Shown: piece by piece, positions 1-9,370 of the stretch | Layout: each line of letters begins with the position of its first letter | How positions within the stretch are numbered: the stretch's first letter is position 1 | Origin: Patescibacteria group bacterium | GTDB lineage: Bacteria > Patescibacteriota > Microgenomatia > UBA12405 | Length of the DNA stretch: 34,893 nucleotides | NCBI GenBank assembly: GCA_018818185.1 | Contig: JAHISL010000105.1 | Location: 1 to 34,893, forward strand | Reading direction: 5' to 3' | Program-made: the position numbers and the translations under genes | Notes under the pieces: generated by a model | Databases searched by the model: none | The model's input: only the letters and a program-made list of their open reading frames with translations | What the model was told of the DNA's origin: nothing

Positions 1-1790
1 GCATAAATCCGACGCTTTCCAGAGCCGGCGGACTCTTCCTTGATGATCCCGAAAACTCCAAGTTCTTTGGTATTTTTTACGTGAGGTCCGGTACAAACTT
101 CCTTGGAAAAACATTTCTTTGGATCCCCCACTGTGTAAACAGTGACAATTTCTGGATATTTTGCTCCAAAAAATGCCAGGGCACCTAATTTTTGAGCCTC
201 GGTAAATTTCATTGATTCGATAGAAACTGGAAGAGCAGCGTTGATTTGATCGTTAATTATTTGTTCGATTTCTTTGAGTTGCTCTTCGGTAACTTTTTGG
301 GGATGAGAAAAATCGAATCGAAGACGCTCGCTAGTAATGTTAGAACCAGATTGTTGAACGTGATCACCTAAGACTTTTCGAAGAGTGGCATGAAGTAAGT
401 GGGTGGCAGTGTGATATTTGGTGATAAGTTCGGAATTATCAGCCAGACCTGATTTAAACTTGCCAGCAGAAAGAGTTTGGGATTGTTTCTGATGCTCTTC
501 TTTGAGTCGATTAAATTCGTCGATGTCTAGATCTAAATTGTTTTTCTTTAATTCCTCACTAATCATTTCGACAGGAAAACCGAAAGATTGGTAAAGGTCA
601 AAGGCTTCCCTGCCGGAAACTTGATGCTTGGCTTCAATTAGTTTGGTAATTTTATTGAGACCTTTGTTTAGAGTTCGTCGAAACTTAACTTCTTCGGATT
701 CAAGAATTTTGAGAATTTTTTCTTTGTTTTGGTTTAGTTCAGGATAGAGACCGGCGTTATTATCTTGATTGTCCAGGACTGCCTGAGCGATGACAGAACA
801 AAAGTTATTTTCAATGCCGATAATTTTTCCCTGACGGATCGATCGTCGAATAAGACGGCGGAGAACGTAGCCAGCTTCCTTGTTTGAGGGCTCGAGTCCA
901 TCGGCAATGATAAAAACAGCGGAACGAAGATGGTCAGCAATAATGCGCATGGATTTAACCCCTCCGTCAGCCAAGGCTGACACCTCTCCTTGACAAGGGA
1001 GGCTATATTTTTTACCAGAAATTTCTTCAATTTTTCTAATAATTGGTTGCCAGATATCGGTCAGGTAATTGTCTGAAAAGCCGTTAAGGACAGCAACGGT
1101 CCTTTCAACACCCATACCCGTGTCAACGTTTTGTTGAGCTAATTTGGTAAAGGTTCCATCCAGGTTCTTGTTGTATTCCATGAAAACGTCATTCCAAATC
1201 TCGAGATAACGACCTTGCTTGTCACCAGTTTTAAAATCAACGAGGGGGAGGGTGGGTTGGGTGTCGACAAACATTTCAGAATCTGGTCCACAGGGACCAG
1301 ATGTCCCTGCAGGCCCCCACCAATTATCGGGAAGATAAACTATTCTGTCTTTCGACACGCCAAGAGACTCCCACACGGAGGCTGAAAAGTCGTCTCGGGG
1401 GGCGTTTTTGTCGCCAGCAAAACAAGTTACAAAAAGATTATTTATCTTAATATTTAATTTTTTGGTTAAGAACTCATAACTAAATTCAATAGCTTCTTTT
1501 TTAAAATATTCACCCAAAGACCAGTTACCAAGCATTTCAAAAAAAGTATGATGAAATGTGTCACCCACCTCATCTATATCCCCTGTTCTAAGACATTTTT
1601 GGACGTTTGTGAGACGTTTACCTAGAGAATGAGGTTGACCCAAGAGATAAGGAACCAGAGGGTGCATGCCCGCAGAAATGAAGAGGGTGGTGGAATCGTT
1701 TTCAGGAGTTAACGAGGAGGAAGGAATCTCGGCATGGCTTTTTGATTTGAAAAAATCCACAAAAACGTTTTTTAATTCGCGAGCATTCAT
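1..1790 (-). CDS. alaS: Alanyl-tRNA synthetase, N-terminal ~596 codons; the C-terminus lies beyond the left edge
   Basis: Absent from the ORF track because the frame runs off the window. My reverse-strand translation from the ATG at 1790-1788 reads MNARELKNVFVDFFKSKSHAEIPSSSLTPENDSTTLFISAGMHPLVPYLLGQPH. At position 1 it reads ...GVFGIIKEESAGSGKRRIYA. These match the AlaRS catalytic-core N-terminus and the RRIEA-type motif. 1790 nt is 596 codons plus 2 nt, consistent with an open frame. Confidence 0.9.
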   Translation of the reverse strand, partial: MNARELKNVFVDFFKSKSHAEIPSSSLTPENDSTTLFISAGMHPLVPYLLGQPHSLGKRLTNVQKCLRTGDIDEVGDTFHHTFFEMLGNWSLGEYFKKEAIEFSYEFLTKKLNIKINNLFVTCFAGDKNAPRDDFSASVWESLGVSKDRIVYLPDNWWGPAGTSGPCGPDSEMFVDTQPTLPLVDFKTGDKQGRYLEIWNDVFMEYNKNLDGTFTKLAQQNVDTGMGVERTVAVLNGFSDNYLTDIWQPIIRKIEEISGKKYSLPCQGEVSALADGGVKSMRIIADHLRSAVFIIADGLEPSNKEAGYVLRRLIRRSIRQGKIIGIENNFCSVIAQAVLDNQDNNAGLYPELNQNKEKILKILESEEVKFRRTLNKGLNKITKLIEAKHQVSGREAFDLYQSFGFPVEMISEELKKNNLDLDIDEFNRLKEEHQKQSQTLSAGKFKSGLADNSELITKYHTATHLLHATLRKVLGDHVQQSGSNITSERLRFDFSHPQKVTEEQLKEIEQIINDQINAALPVSIESMKFTEAQKLGALAFFGAKYPEIVTVYTVGDPKKCFSKEVCTGPHVKNTKELGVFGIIKEESAGSGKRRIY

Positions 1791-1796
1791 AGGGGA

Positions 1797-1802
1797 ATTA
1801 TA
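1797..1802 (-). promoter_or_regulatory. Candidate -10 box TATAAT, 6 nt upstream of the alaS ATG (leaderless geometry)
   Basis: The reverse strand reads GCTATATAAT-TCCCCT-ATG. No Shine-Dalgarno sequence lies between the box and the start codon. Confidence 0.4.
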
Positions 1803-1812
1803 TAGCATTAAG

Positions 1813-2151
1813 CTATTTTTTGAACATTTTCTTTGGCTTTGAGACAGTCGCCTTTTTGATTGGAGCTGAGGCGATTAGCTTACTGGGGATGACCACTTCT
1901 TTTTTGACTGATTGTGGTCTGGGAGCAGTCGGGATAAAAGGTGGTTTTGTTTTAGAATTTTTGGGAGAGGGTGGATTTTGAAAAATGTCGAAAAATTTAG
2001 CGAGTTGTTTTTTTAAATCATCAAAAACCTTGCCTTTATTCTGACGGTAAATAACAATGGCAATAATGGCACCGATAACTAATCCGAATAATAGGCCGAA
2101 AATAAAGGAGCTATTTTCGTGATCGTCGCAATGTTGACAATGACTTGACAT
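1813..2151 (-). CDS. Hypothetical small membrane protein (one TM helix, Lys/Pro-rich tail)
   Basis: 112-aa ORF with the hydrophobic segment FIFGLLFGLVIGAIIAIVIY followed by a basic, low-complexity tail. It is tightly packed with its neighbours. I recognise no family. Confidence 0.5.
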   Translation of the reverse strand: MSSHCQHCDDHENSSFIFGLLFGLVIGAIIAIVIYRQNKGKVFDDLKKQLAKFFDIFQNPPSPKNSKTKPPFIPTAPRPQSVKKEVVIPSKLIASAPIKKATVSKPKKMFKK

Positions 2152-2154
2152 AGT

Positions 2155-2403
2155 TTATGATTCGTCTTTTTCTTTTTTGTCTTTTTTGAAAAAGGAATTA
2201 AAAATTGTAAAACCATTTTTAAAACCCATTAAAAACTCAGAAAAAGAAGAGACTGGTCGGGAAACAGAACTAATTATTTGATTAGTTTCATTAATTGTGA
2301 CCCGAAGGTCTTTGATAAGTTTAGTTAGATAGACACCAACAACGACAATGACGGTGGAAATGGCTAACAAACTGATGACGACGACAATCTGAGTTATATC
2401 CAT
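2155..2403 (-). CDS. Hypothetical small membrane protein
   Basis: 82-aa ORF with the N-terminal TM helix ITQIVVVISLLAISTVIVVVGVYL. It lies 3 nt from the next gene on the same strand. Confidence 0.5.
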   Translation of the reverse strand: MDITQIVVVISLLAISTVIVVVGVYLTKLIKDLRVTINETNQIISSVSRPVSSFSEFLMGFKNGFTIFNSFFKKDKKEKDES

Positions 2404-2417
2404 ATAAAGAGTATAAA

Positions 2418-3014
2418 CTATTTTAAAACTTTTTCATCTTTGGTGGTAACACCGGCGGGAGATTTGGCTTCGACAACGATTGATGCTTCGGGGGTGGATA
2501 TTTGGATATTTTTCTTAAAATTGCCCTCACGATCAACAATGACAAGAGATTCGTTGATCTTTACGGTTGATTCCGGATCAGTGACACCAGAAATTTCGAC
2601 TGTTTGCTGAGAATACTCTTGAGGCCAATTTACTTGAAGGCGTGGAGGTCGGTTGAACTTTAAATACTCGGAGATTAAATAAGAGGCAAAAATGATGGCC
2701 AAAATTGAAACAAAAAGAGTAAAGGCAAGTTGCGGAGTCAGAGAAAACCAAAAACGACGATTTGCGGGAATCTGGTTTCGACGATCATAATCTCGACGAA
2801 AAAGACAGAGAACTTCTTCACCGTTTAATCCGAGGAAATCGGCATAGTCTTTGACCATTAAAGAGCAATATGGCTCTTGAGGGAAATCTTCGACTTTTTC
2901 ATTTTCGAAGGCGATGAGGTAACGAAGTGGTATTTTTGTTTTTTTACAAACCTCTTGAAATTCAAGCTCTCGGTCGAGGCGAGCAGATTCGAGAGTGGTT
3001 GAAGCGCGTTTCAT
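2418..3014 (-). CDS. RodZ-like HTH membrane protein (N-terminal HTH, one TM helix, C-terminal extracytoplasmic domain)
   Basis: The ORF track gives 2418-3056, but that start overlaps the ftsK stop. The internal ATG at 3014 (MKRASTTLESARL...) avoids the overlap. The segment LEFQEVCKKTKIPLRYLIAFE resembles the RodZ/XRE HTH and is followed by the TM helix LAFTLFVSILAIIFASYLI. Confidence 0.55.
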   Translation of the reverse strand: MKRASTTLESARLDRELEFQEVCKKTKIPLRYLIAFENEKVEDFPQEPYCSLMVKDYADFLGLNGEEVLCLFRRDYDRRNQIPANRRFWFSLTPQLAFTLFVSILAIIFASYLISEYLKFNRPPRLQVNWPQEYSQQTVEISGVTDPESTVKINESLVIVDREGNFKKNIQISTPEASIVVEAKSPAGVTTKDEKVLK

Positions 3015-3024
3015 GAAAAATATT

Positions 3025-5151
3025 TTAACTATTGTCGGAAGGAGACTTGTGATCAATTAAAATGTCTCGAGCTTTGGCACCGTTAACGGGGCCAACAATT
3101 CCAGCCTGCTCAAGCTCATCTAAAATTCTGGCAGCCCGAGCATAGCCGAGTTTAAGTCGGCGTTGCATGAGAGAGGCGGAAGCTTTGCCGGTTTCTTGGA
3201 TTAGCTTAATAGCGTCGTCAAACATGGCATCACGTTCTTCACCGTCAGAGACCATAATGTTTTTACTTGAAGAACCGGGACTATTTACAGGTTGTTTAAC
3301 AATTTCATCGTTGTATTCACCGCCGCGTTGGTTTTTAAGGAATTCAATAAGTCGACCAACTTCTTTGTCGGAAATAAAACAACCTTGAACACGAACAGGT
3401 TTGGCCAACTCTGGAGGAATATAAAGCATGTCGCCACGACCAAGGAGTTTTTCGGCGCCAGGAGAATCGAGAACAACCCGGGAATCAGTCATTGAAGCGA
3501 CAGCAAAGGCAATACGGGTAGGAATGTTGGCTTTAATTAGACCAGTAATAATGTTGACCGAAGGTCTTTGGGTGGCAAGGACCAAATGAATACCAGTGGC
3601 CCGAGCCATTTGGGCAATACGGCAGATGTTATCTTCAACTTCAGCGGGGGAGAAAAGCATAATTTCGGCCAATTCGTCAATGACGATAACAATGTAGGGA
3701 ATAGCTTGAAAACCGGACATATTGTTGTAGCTTTCAATATTTTTAGCGTTTACTTCGGTAAAGAGTTTGTAGCGACGTTCCATTTCACCAACAGCCCACT
3801 TTAGCGCAGAAACGACCTTTTCAGGGTCGACAATAACAGGGGTTAAAAGATGGGGAATGCCATTGTATTGTGAAAGCTCAACCCGCTTTGGATCGACCAT
3901 AATCATACGAACTTCGTCGGGAGAAGCTCGGAAAAGGAGGGTGGAAATCCAAGAGTTGATACAAACTGATTTACCAGAACCAGTTTGGCCAGCAATTAAA
4001 ACGTGAGGCATTTTGGAAATGTCGGCGACTTTTGGCAAACCAGCCACATCAAGACCCAGAGGGACAGTAATCTTGCTTTTGGCAGTCTTCATGGCTTCAG
4101 ATTCAAAAATTGTGCGAATAGGGACAACTTCGAGAGAGCGATTTGGCATTTCGATGCCAACTAAAGATCGTCCGGGAATCGGAGCTTCGACTCTGATTTG
4201 ACCACCAGGAGCGGCCAGAGCCATAGCCAAATCATTTCCCAGGGATAATATTTTGGCGAGCTTTGTTCCCAGAGCAACTTCGAGAGCATATTGAGTAACG
4301 GAGGGACTATTGTTTACCTCGGCAACGCGAGCGGTAATACCAAATGAGTCAAGAGTTTGTTCAATGATTTGAGCATTTTTACGGACATCTCCCCGATCAG
4401 CCTTGGCTCCAGGAGTATCGTCAAAGATAGACATGGGAGGATAAACCCAACTTTGGTTTCCCGAGGAGGTTAGAGGACCTTCTGGCTTAAAGACAGGAGG
4501 AACATTGGCTACAGCCATATTTTCTTTGGATGAGGATCTGGAGACATCCTTGCTGTTGGCAGAATTTTCCAAAGGTGTGGGGCTATGCATTTCGGACTGA
4601 TAAAGAGGATTTTTTGAGTTTGATTTTTCTTTTTTGCTTTTAATTTTTGAAGCTTGACCAATGGAGTATTTTCTAATAACGGCAATAACCTTCCCAAAAA
4701 ATTTAAAAATCTGGACAACATTGGTGTCAAAGAGAACAACAAAGCCAACAATCAAGGTAAAAAAGAAAATGATAAAGGTGGGGATTTCGGAAAAAAGAGC
4801 TAAAAATTGCTCCCAAAAAAAGGATCCAAATACTCCTTGTTTAAAAAGACCCAAGAGGGAGAAAAACATGATGAAGAAACCAAAGAAAACGTTGGCTTCT
4901 TTGAGAGGAGATTTTACCTTGGTAAATAAAAAGGAAATTAGAAGCAATAAAAAAGGCACCATAACCGAACCGAAACCAAAAAAATGATTTAAAAGTAAAT
5001 TATATTCGGTGATGATTCCCCCTTGCTGGAGAAAGGAAAATACGGAAATTATGGCTAAAATTAGGAAAAAGATAAAAAATATTGACTTGACAGTTGAGGG
5101 TTTCAACTTAAGAGTTGGAAGGATTCTATTTTTCTTGCGTCCACGGGGCAT
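3025..5151 (-). CDS. ftsK: DNA translocase FtsK/SpoIIIE
   Basis: 708 aa with N-terminal multi-TM segments. Walker A is GQTGSGKS, and ATQRPS lies in the motor domain. The C-terminal gamma wHTH reads ASLMQRRLKLGYARAARILDELEQAGIVGP. Confidence 0.9.
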   Translation of the reverse strand: MPRGRKKNRILPTLKLKPSTVKSIFFIFFLILAIISVFSFLQQGGIITEYNLLLNHFFGFGSVMVPFLLLLISFLFTKVKSPLKEANVFFGFFIMFFSLLGLFKQGVFGSFFWEQFLALFSEIPTFIIFFFTLIVGFVVLFDTNVVQIFKFFGKVIAVIRKYSIGQASKIKSKKEKSNSKNPLYQSEMHSPTPLENSANSKDVSRSSSKENMAVANVPPVFKPEGPLTSSGNQSWVYPPMSIFDDTPGAKADRGDVRKNAQIIEQTLDSFGITARVAEVNNSPSVTQYALEVALGTKLAKILSLGNDLAMALAAPGGQIRVEAPIPGRSLVGIEMPNRSLEVVPIRTIFESEAMKTAKSKITVPLGLDVAGLPKVADISKMPHVLIAGQTGSGKSVCINSWISTLLFRASPDEVRMIMVDPKRVELSQYNGIPHLLTPVIVDPEKVVSALKWAVGEMERRYKLFTEVNAKNIESYNNMSGFQAIPYIVIVIDELAEIMLFSPAEVEDNICRIAQMARATGIHLVLATQRPSVNIITGLIKANIPTRIAFAVASMTDSRVVLDSPGAEKLLGRGDMLYIPPELAKPVRVQGCFISDKEVGRLIEFLKNQRGGEYNDEIVKQPVNSPGSSSKNIMVSDGEERDAMFDDAIKLIQETGKASASLMQRRLKLGYARAARILDELEQAGIVGPVNGAKARDILIDHKSPSDNS

Positions 5152-5178
5152 AGTAACAGTATATATTATTGATTAGTC

Positions 5179-6864
5179 TTAAGTATAGAAAGAAGTAATT
5201 TCTGAAACAAGATTTTTTGAATCAATGATTTTCGATTCTTTGTCGGATCTTAGTTTAAACTCTATTCCTCCACTCTCCTGGCTTCTTTTGCTAATAACTA
5301 AACGAATTGGGATACCAATTAGATCGGCATCAGCAAATTTGGCACCAGCGGAAACAGAACTGCGATCATCGAAAAGAACTTCAATATTTTGGGAAAGTAA
5401 TTCTTGATAAAGATCCTCGCCTAAACCGTCAAGAGCAATTAAATGAACCTGGTAGGGGGCAATTTCTTTGGGCCAAATAATCCCCTTTTCATCGTGGTGA
5501 GTTTCGACGTCGATGGCTAGGGCCCGGCCAATACCAATACCATAAGAGCCCATGTACATTTTTTGAGAAGTACCGTCTTGGGCAATAAAGTTTCCGTCCA
5601 TGGGATCACTATAGGCAAAACCAATATTAAAGATATTGCCGAATTCTACTGCCTTAACCAGTTTTAGTTTTTCTTTTTTACATTGAGGACAAAGATAATC
5701 AACTTGAGTTTCGGCAATGTCGCCGACAATATCAGTTTGGTAATCTCGACCAAAATTTATATTTATTAAATCGATATTTTTTTTGTTGGAACCACCATAA
5801 GCATTTTTTAGATTTTTTAGAGAATCATCGGCAACGATGAGAACATCTTTGATACCAACAGGAGAAATAAATCCAGGTTCGGAATGAAGTTTGTTTCGGA
5901 TTTCTTCATCGGTGGCATGACGAAGCTCATTGGCTTGGATCAAGTTTTTTAGTTTAGTTTCGTTGACCATGAAGTCACCTCGAATAATGGCCAAGATAAA
6001 ACGGCCGGAATCATCAACAAAAACAACATCTTTAATTTGTTGCCAAAGAGGTTTTTGGTGAAGAGCCACTCCGTCTTCCATGGTGTTACCACGAGGAGCT
6101 TTGACTTCAGAAAGATCGGCTTCGGCTTCTGAAGAATTTTTATCTTCTTTGACAAAGGTAGCTTTTTCAAGGTTGGCGGCATAGCCGCAGGAACAGGTGA
6201 CGATAGTGTCTTCACCAACAGTGGATTCGACCATAAACTCATGAGAAACAGAACCACCAATAGCACCATTGTCGGATTCGACGATAGTGACATTTAAGTC
6301 CATTCTTTTGGCAATTTCCAAATAGGCATCCCAGTATTTTTGGTAAGTAATTTTTAGATCAGCTTCGTCGACATGAAAAGAGTAGCCATCTTTCATGACA
6401 AACTCGCGGACACGAAGGAGACCACCAGAGGGGCGAGCTTCATCGCGGAATTTCTGAGAAAATTGGTAGATATTGATAGGTAAATCTTTATAGCTCGGTG
6501 CAAACTGCTTGACCAGATCGAGCATGATGACTTCGGCAGTGGCACCAAGGGTGAACTCGGCACCATTACGATCGGTAACCCGCATCATGGCGGCACCAAA
6601 TTTTTTATCACGATTGGCTTGTTGCCAAAGTTCGAGGGGGTGAAGGGTGGGAACAATTAGTTCTTGAGCACCAGTCTTTTCAACTTCTTGCCGAATAATT
6701 GATTCTATTTTTCGACAAACCTTGAGGCCAAGAGGTAAAAAAGTGTATCGTCCGGCGGAAAGTTGACGGATAAAACCCGCCTGGAGAAGAAGACGATGAC
6801 TAGCAACGGTGGCATCCTTGGAAACTGTTTTGCTGGTTTTGCCAAATAATTGTGAATATCTCAT
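5179..6864 (-). CDS. proS: Prolyl-tRNA synthetase (bacterial type)
   Basis: 561 aa. The N-terminus MRYSQLFGKTSKTVSKDATVASHRLLLQAGFIRQLSAGRYTFLPLG and class II motifs are typical of bacterial ProRS. A TAAAAT box at 6870-6875 lies 5 nt upstream of the ATG. Confidence 0.9.
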   Translation of the reverse strand: MRYSQLFGKTSKTVSKDATVASHRLLLQAGFIRQLSAGRYTFLPLGLKVCRKIESIIRQEVEKTGAQELIVPTLHPLELWQQANRDKKFGAAMMRVTDRNGAEFTLGATAEVIMLDLVKQFAPSYKDLPINIYQFSQKFRDEARPSGGLLRVREFVMKDGYSFHVDEADLKITYQKYWDAYLEIAKRMDLNVTIVESDNGAIGGSVSHEFMVESTVGEDTIVTCSCGYAANLEKATFVKEDKNSSEAEADLSEVKAPRGNTMEDGVALHQKPLWQQIKDVVFVDDSGRFILAIIRGDFMVNETKLKNLIQANELRHATDEEIRNKLHSEPGFISPVGIKDVLIVADDSLKNLKNAYGGSNKKNIDLININFGRDYQTDIVGDIAETQVDYLCPQCKKEKLKLVKAVEFGNIFNIGFAYSDPMDGNFIAQDGTSQKMYMGSYGIGIGRALAIDVETHHDEKGIIWPKEIAPYQVHLIALDGLGEDLYQELLSQNIEVLFDDRSSVSAGAKFADADLIGIPIRLVISKRSQESGGIEFKLRSDKESKIIDSKNLVSEITSFYT

Positions 6865-6893
6865 GGCCTATTTTAGCGAATAAGTGACTATTT

Positions 6894-6904
6894 TGATATA
6901 TAAT
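6894..6904 (+). promoter_or_regulatory. Extended -10 promoter (TGATATATAAT) 6 nt upstream of the ATG at 6911
   Basis: The plus strand reads TTTTGATATATAAT-CGCAAA-ATG with no SD. This is the same geometry as the MTAE-family cassettes. Confidence 0.45.
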
Positions 6905-6910
6905 CGCAAA

Positions 6911-7147
6911 ATGGGCGAGAAATTATGTCTAAAATGCATTGAAGAAGGGCGCAGTGTGTGCCTAATTGAAGAAAAAATGCGGATATTGCAATCAAAAGTT
7001 CCAGAAGTTGCCGACAATGAAAAAAATTTGGAAATAATTCAGAGACTAAATATGGAGGAAAAAGAAATTCATGAATTAGGGCGTAAAAGGGGTTGTCATC
7101 ATCACAATGACTTTACCCTAAGTTTGCCTAGATTTGAGTTAAAATAA
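6911..7147 (+). CDS. Hypothetical small Cys/His-containing protein (78 aa)
   Basis: The ORF-track entry 6884-7147 starts at a non-ATG codon. I prefer the ATG at 6911 (MGEKLCLKCIEEGRSVC...GCHHHND) because it sits 6 nt after a -10 box. The CxxC...C...CHHH pattern suggests metal binding. No family recognised. Confidence 0.4.
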   Translation: MGEKLCLKCIEEGRSVCLIEEKMRILQSKVPEVADNEKNLEIIQRLNMEEKEIHELGRKRGCHHHNDFTLSLPRFELK

Positions 7148-7227
7148 ATGCTCGTCATGTCCGAGATAAATCACGAACAAAGGCGAGCAATTAGATTTTA
7201 GCAAAAAAAACAAAGAGAGAAAACTGA

Positions 7228-7503
7228 TTAGCCCCTACGACCAAATAGAGAAACTTTTTTCTTAGTTGATTGACTATCCTTGTAGGCACGAACTTCTATT
7301 CCACCGATATTTATACTACGATTTCCAGTAACAGTTTCAGTAGATTGAGGAGTATCACCTTTATAGGTTGAGTGAATAAAGCCATCTTTTATTGGCATAA
7401 TTCCGTGCCTTATTCCATCATTGTAGATAGGATATTCACCTTGAGGTCGAGGAAAGTTTAAAAATGTTTCTGAACCTGTTTCAAAAATTACTTCTGCACC
7501 CAT
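7228..7503 (-). CDS. Hypothetical 91-aa protein; probable short member of the MTAE family found at 20678-22420
   Basis: It starts MGAEV, with first codons ATGGGTGCAGAAGTA versus ATGACGGCAGAAGTA in the array. It has DG-x9-DGF-x25-GIEVRAY, matching the array layout [DN]GF-x22-25-G-x-x-[ILV]-[KR]. A TGTTATAAT box lies upstream at 7536-7544 on the reverse strand. Confidence 0.45.
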   Translation of the reverse strand: MGAEVIFETGSETFLNFPRPQGEYPIYNDGIRHGIMPIKDGFIHSTYKGDTPQSTETVTGNRSINIGGIEVRAYKDSQSTKKKVSLFGRRG

Positions 7504-7561
7504 ATTTTGATAGATAATATGTTAATAATGTATATATTATAACATATTTTGATCTAGTTTG

Positions 7562-9340
7562 TTAGACCTCGATGACAAGAGGTAGAACCATGGGTTCACG
7601 ACCAGTTTTTTCTTTGATCAATCCTTCAAGATAGGCCTGAAGCTCGGTGCGAATATACTCAAAGTTGGCCGGTTTACTGGTAACTTGAGAGAATTTTCTA
7701 GCGGTTTCCTCTTTTAGGTAATTGATAAGGTCAGTATTTTCTTTGACAAAGACAAAGCCTCGGGAAAGAATGACAGGCTCTTTGAACATGGTGCCAAGCT
7801 CTTTGTTGACCAAGATGACAACGCTGAACATGCCGTCTTCTGCCAAATTCTTTCGATCACGAAGAACAGTAGTCCCAACGTCACCGATACCAAGTCCGTC
7901 GATAAGAATTTTATGAAGAGGAATATGGAAACCAGTATCAACTTTGCCGTTGGCGTAAAAGGTGACTGAAGAATCAACATCGGGAGTAATAAATTGATCA
8001 TCCTGAAAACCCATGGTTTTAGCCATAGAAAAGTAACTCTTGACGTGACGATAGTTACCACCGATTGGTAGGAGATAGCGGGGGTTGGTCAGAGTCATTA
8101 AAAGAGCGTGTTCTTTTTGATAACCATGGCCAGAAACATGAAGCTCCTCTTTGTCGCCATAGGCAACGTCGGCTCCCATCTTCGATAAGATATCGATCAT
8201 TTCATAAATATTCCCGGTAGTGCCAGGAATGTAATCTGGAGCAGAAAAGATAACTTTGTCACCTGATTTAATTTTGACGCGATGTTTACCCATGACCATT
8301 TTACTTAGAGCTGAGTCGGGTTGACCGGCAAAACCAGCAACTAAGAAAAGAAGTTTATTGTCGGGAAAATTCTTGGATCGCTCTGGAGGAATAATGTCTG
8401 AATCGGTAAGTTTAATATATCCTAATTCTTTGGCAATACTTATAGCTTTATCAACAGAATAACCGGCGATGCAAATTTTTCGTCCAGTTGATTTGCCATA
8501 TTCAATGGCCTGTGACCAGCGGACGATGTTACTACTAATAGAAGTAACGAAAACGCGACCCTTGGCATTAACGATTTGATGTTTAAAATTTTCGGCGATG
8601 TCACGTTCGGATGGAGAATAACCTTCGTGGTCAGCCCCCAAACAGTCGGACATTAAAGCAATAACTTTGCGATTGCCAACGTTGGCGATTTTTTTAAGCT
8701 CGGCAGGTTTATTGTCGAGAGGAAAAACATCGAATTTAAAGTCGGATCCGTGATAAAGAACTCCGATGGGAGTAGTGATGGCGAAGTGGAAGGTGTCGGG
8801 GATTGAATGAGTAACCCGAATAGGTTCAATGGTAAAAGGACCTTTGGTGAAAACGTCACCAGATTGATAGACGTTAATCGAGGCTCTAATTTGACTTTCA
8901 GCCAAACGCGATTCAATAAAGGCGGAGGCTAATTTCGGAGCATAAATAGGGATGCGATTACCAATTATTGGCAAGATAAAACGGACAGCGCCGATATGGT
9001 CTTCATGACCATGGGTAATAAAGATACCTAAAATGCGATCTTTTTTATCCTCTAAGTAGGCAGTGTCAGGAATCTGAAGATCAACACCAAAGGCGTCTTC
9101 TTCGGGAAAGCCAACTCCACAGTCGACAATAATAATTTGTGATTTGGAAAAATCACCACGAGGAGCAAATTCGTAAACGAACATGTTCTGGGTCACGTCA
9201 CCAAAACCACCCAAAGAAGAGATGCGAACCGCATCTTGATTGGTGGAAGGAGAGACCTTGTTTTGAATAACTGGACGAGTAAAATCCTTTTGTGCAGCTG
9301 GATTATAAGCTGGTTTTCGATATGTTTTTTGTTTAATCAT
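7562..9340 (-). CDS. rnj: Ribonuclease J (metallo-beta-lactamase / beta-CASP RNase)
   Basis: 592 aa. It has the HxHxDH motif THGHEDHIG, and the overall length and order fit RNase J, with a short N-terminal extension. Confidence 0.85.
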   Translation of the reverse strand: MIKQKTYRKPAYNPAAQKDFTRPVIQNKVSPSTNQDAVRISSLGGFGDVTQNMFVYEFAPRGDFSKSQIIIVDCGVGFPEEDAFGVDLQIPDTAYLEDKKDRILGIFITHGHEDHIGAVRFILPIIGNRIPIYAPKLASAFIESRLAESQIRASINVYQSGDVFTKGPFTIEPIRVTHSIPDTFHFAITTPIGVLYHGSDFKFDVFPLDNKPAELKKIANVGNRKVIALMSDCLGADHEGYSPSERDIAENFKHQIVNAKGRVFVTSISSNIVRWSQAIEYGKSTGRKICIAGYSVDKAISIAKELGYIKLTDSDIIPPERSKNFPDNKLLFLVAGFAGQPDSALSKMVMGKHRVKIKSGDKVIFSAPDYIPGTTGNIYEMIDILSKMGADVAYGDKEELHVSGHGYQKEHALLMTLTNPRYLLPIGGNYRHVKSYFSMAKTMGFQDDQFITPDVDSSVTFYANGKVDTGFHIPLHKILIDGLGIGDVGTTVLRDRKNLAEDGMFSVVILVNKELGTMFKEPVILSRGFVFVKENTDLINYLKEETARKFSQVTSKPANFEYIRTELQAYLEGLIKEKTGREPMVLPLVIEV

Positions 9341-9370
9341 AATTATAATTTTATAGCCTGGGTTATTTTT

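Noticed and set aside
734-1030. 98-aa minus-strand ORF from the track, inside the alaS region
   Set aside because: It lies entirely inside the alaS reading frame in a different frame. The alaS translation is continuous and strongly recognisable, so this is a shadow ORF.
3167-4987. Multiple 60-110-aa ORFs on both strands inside ftsK (for example 3167-3388, 3568-3804, 4661-4987)
   Set aside because: All are embedded in the well-supported ftsK frame. They have low-complexity or odd composition and no start-site signals. The same reasoning applies to the nested ORFs inside proS, rnj, pnp, infB, nusA, dnaJ, dnaK, rmuC, dut, the helicase and gatB.
7148-7227. Imperfect inverted repeat GCTCGTC...GGCGAGC between the convergent genes 6911-7147 and 7228-7503, as a bidirectional terminator
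   Set aside because: The loop is long (about 25 nt), the stem is imperfect and there is no clear U tract on the plus-strand side. Not convincing.
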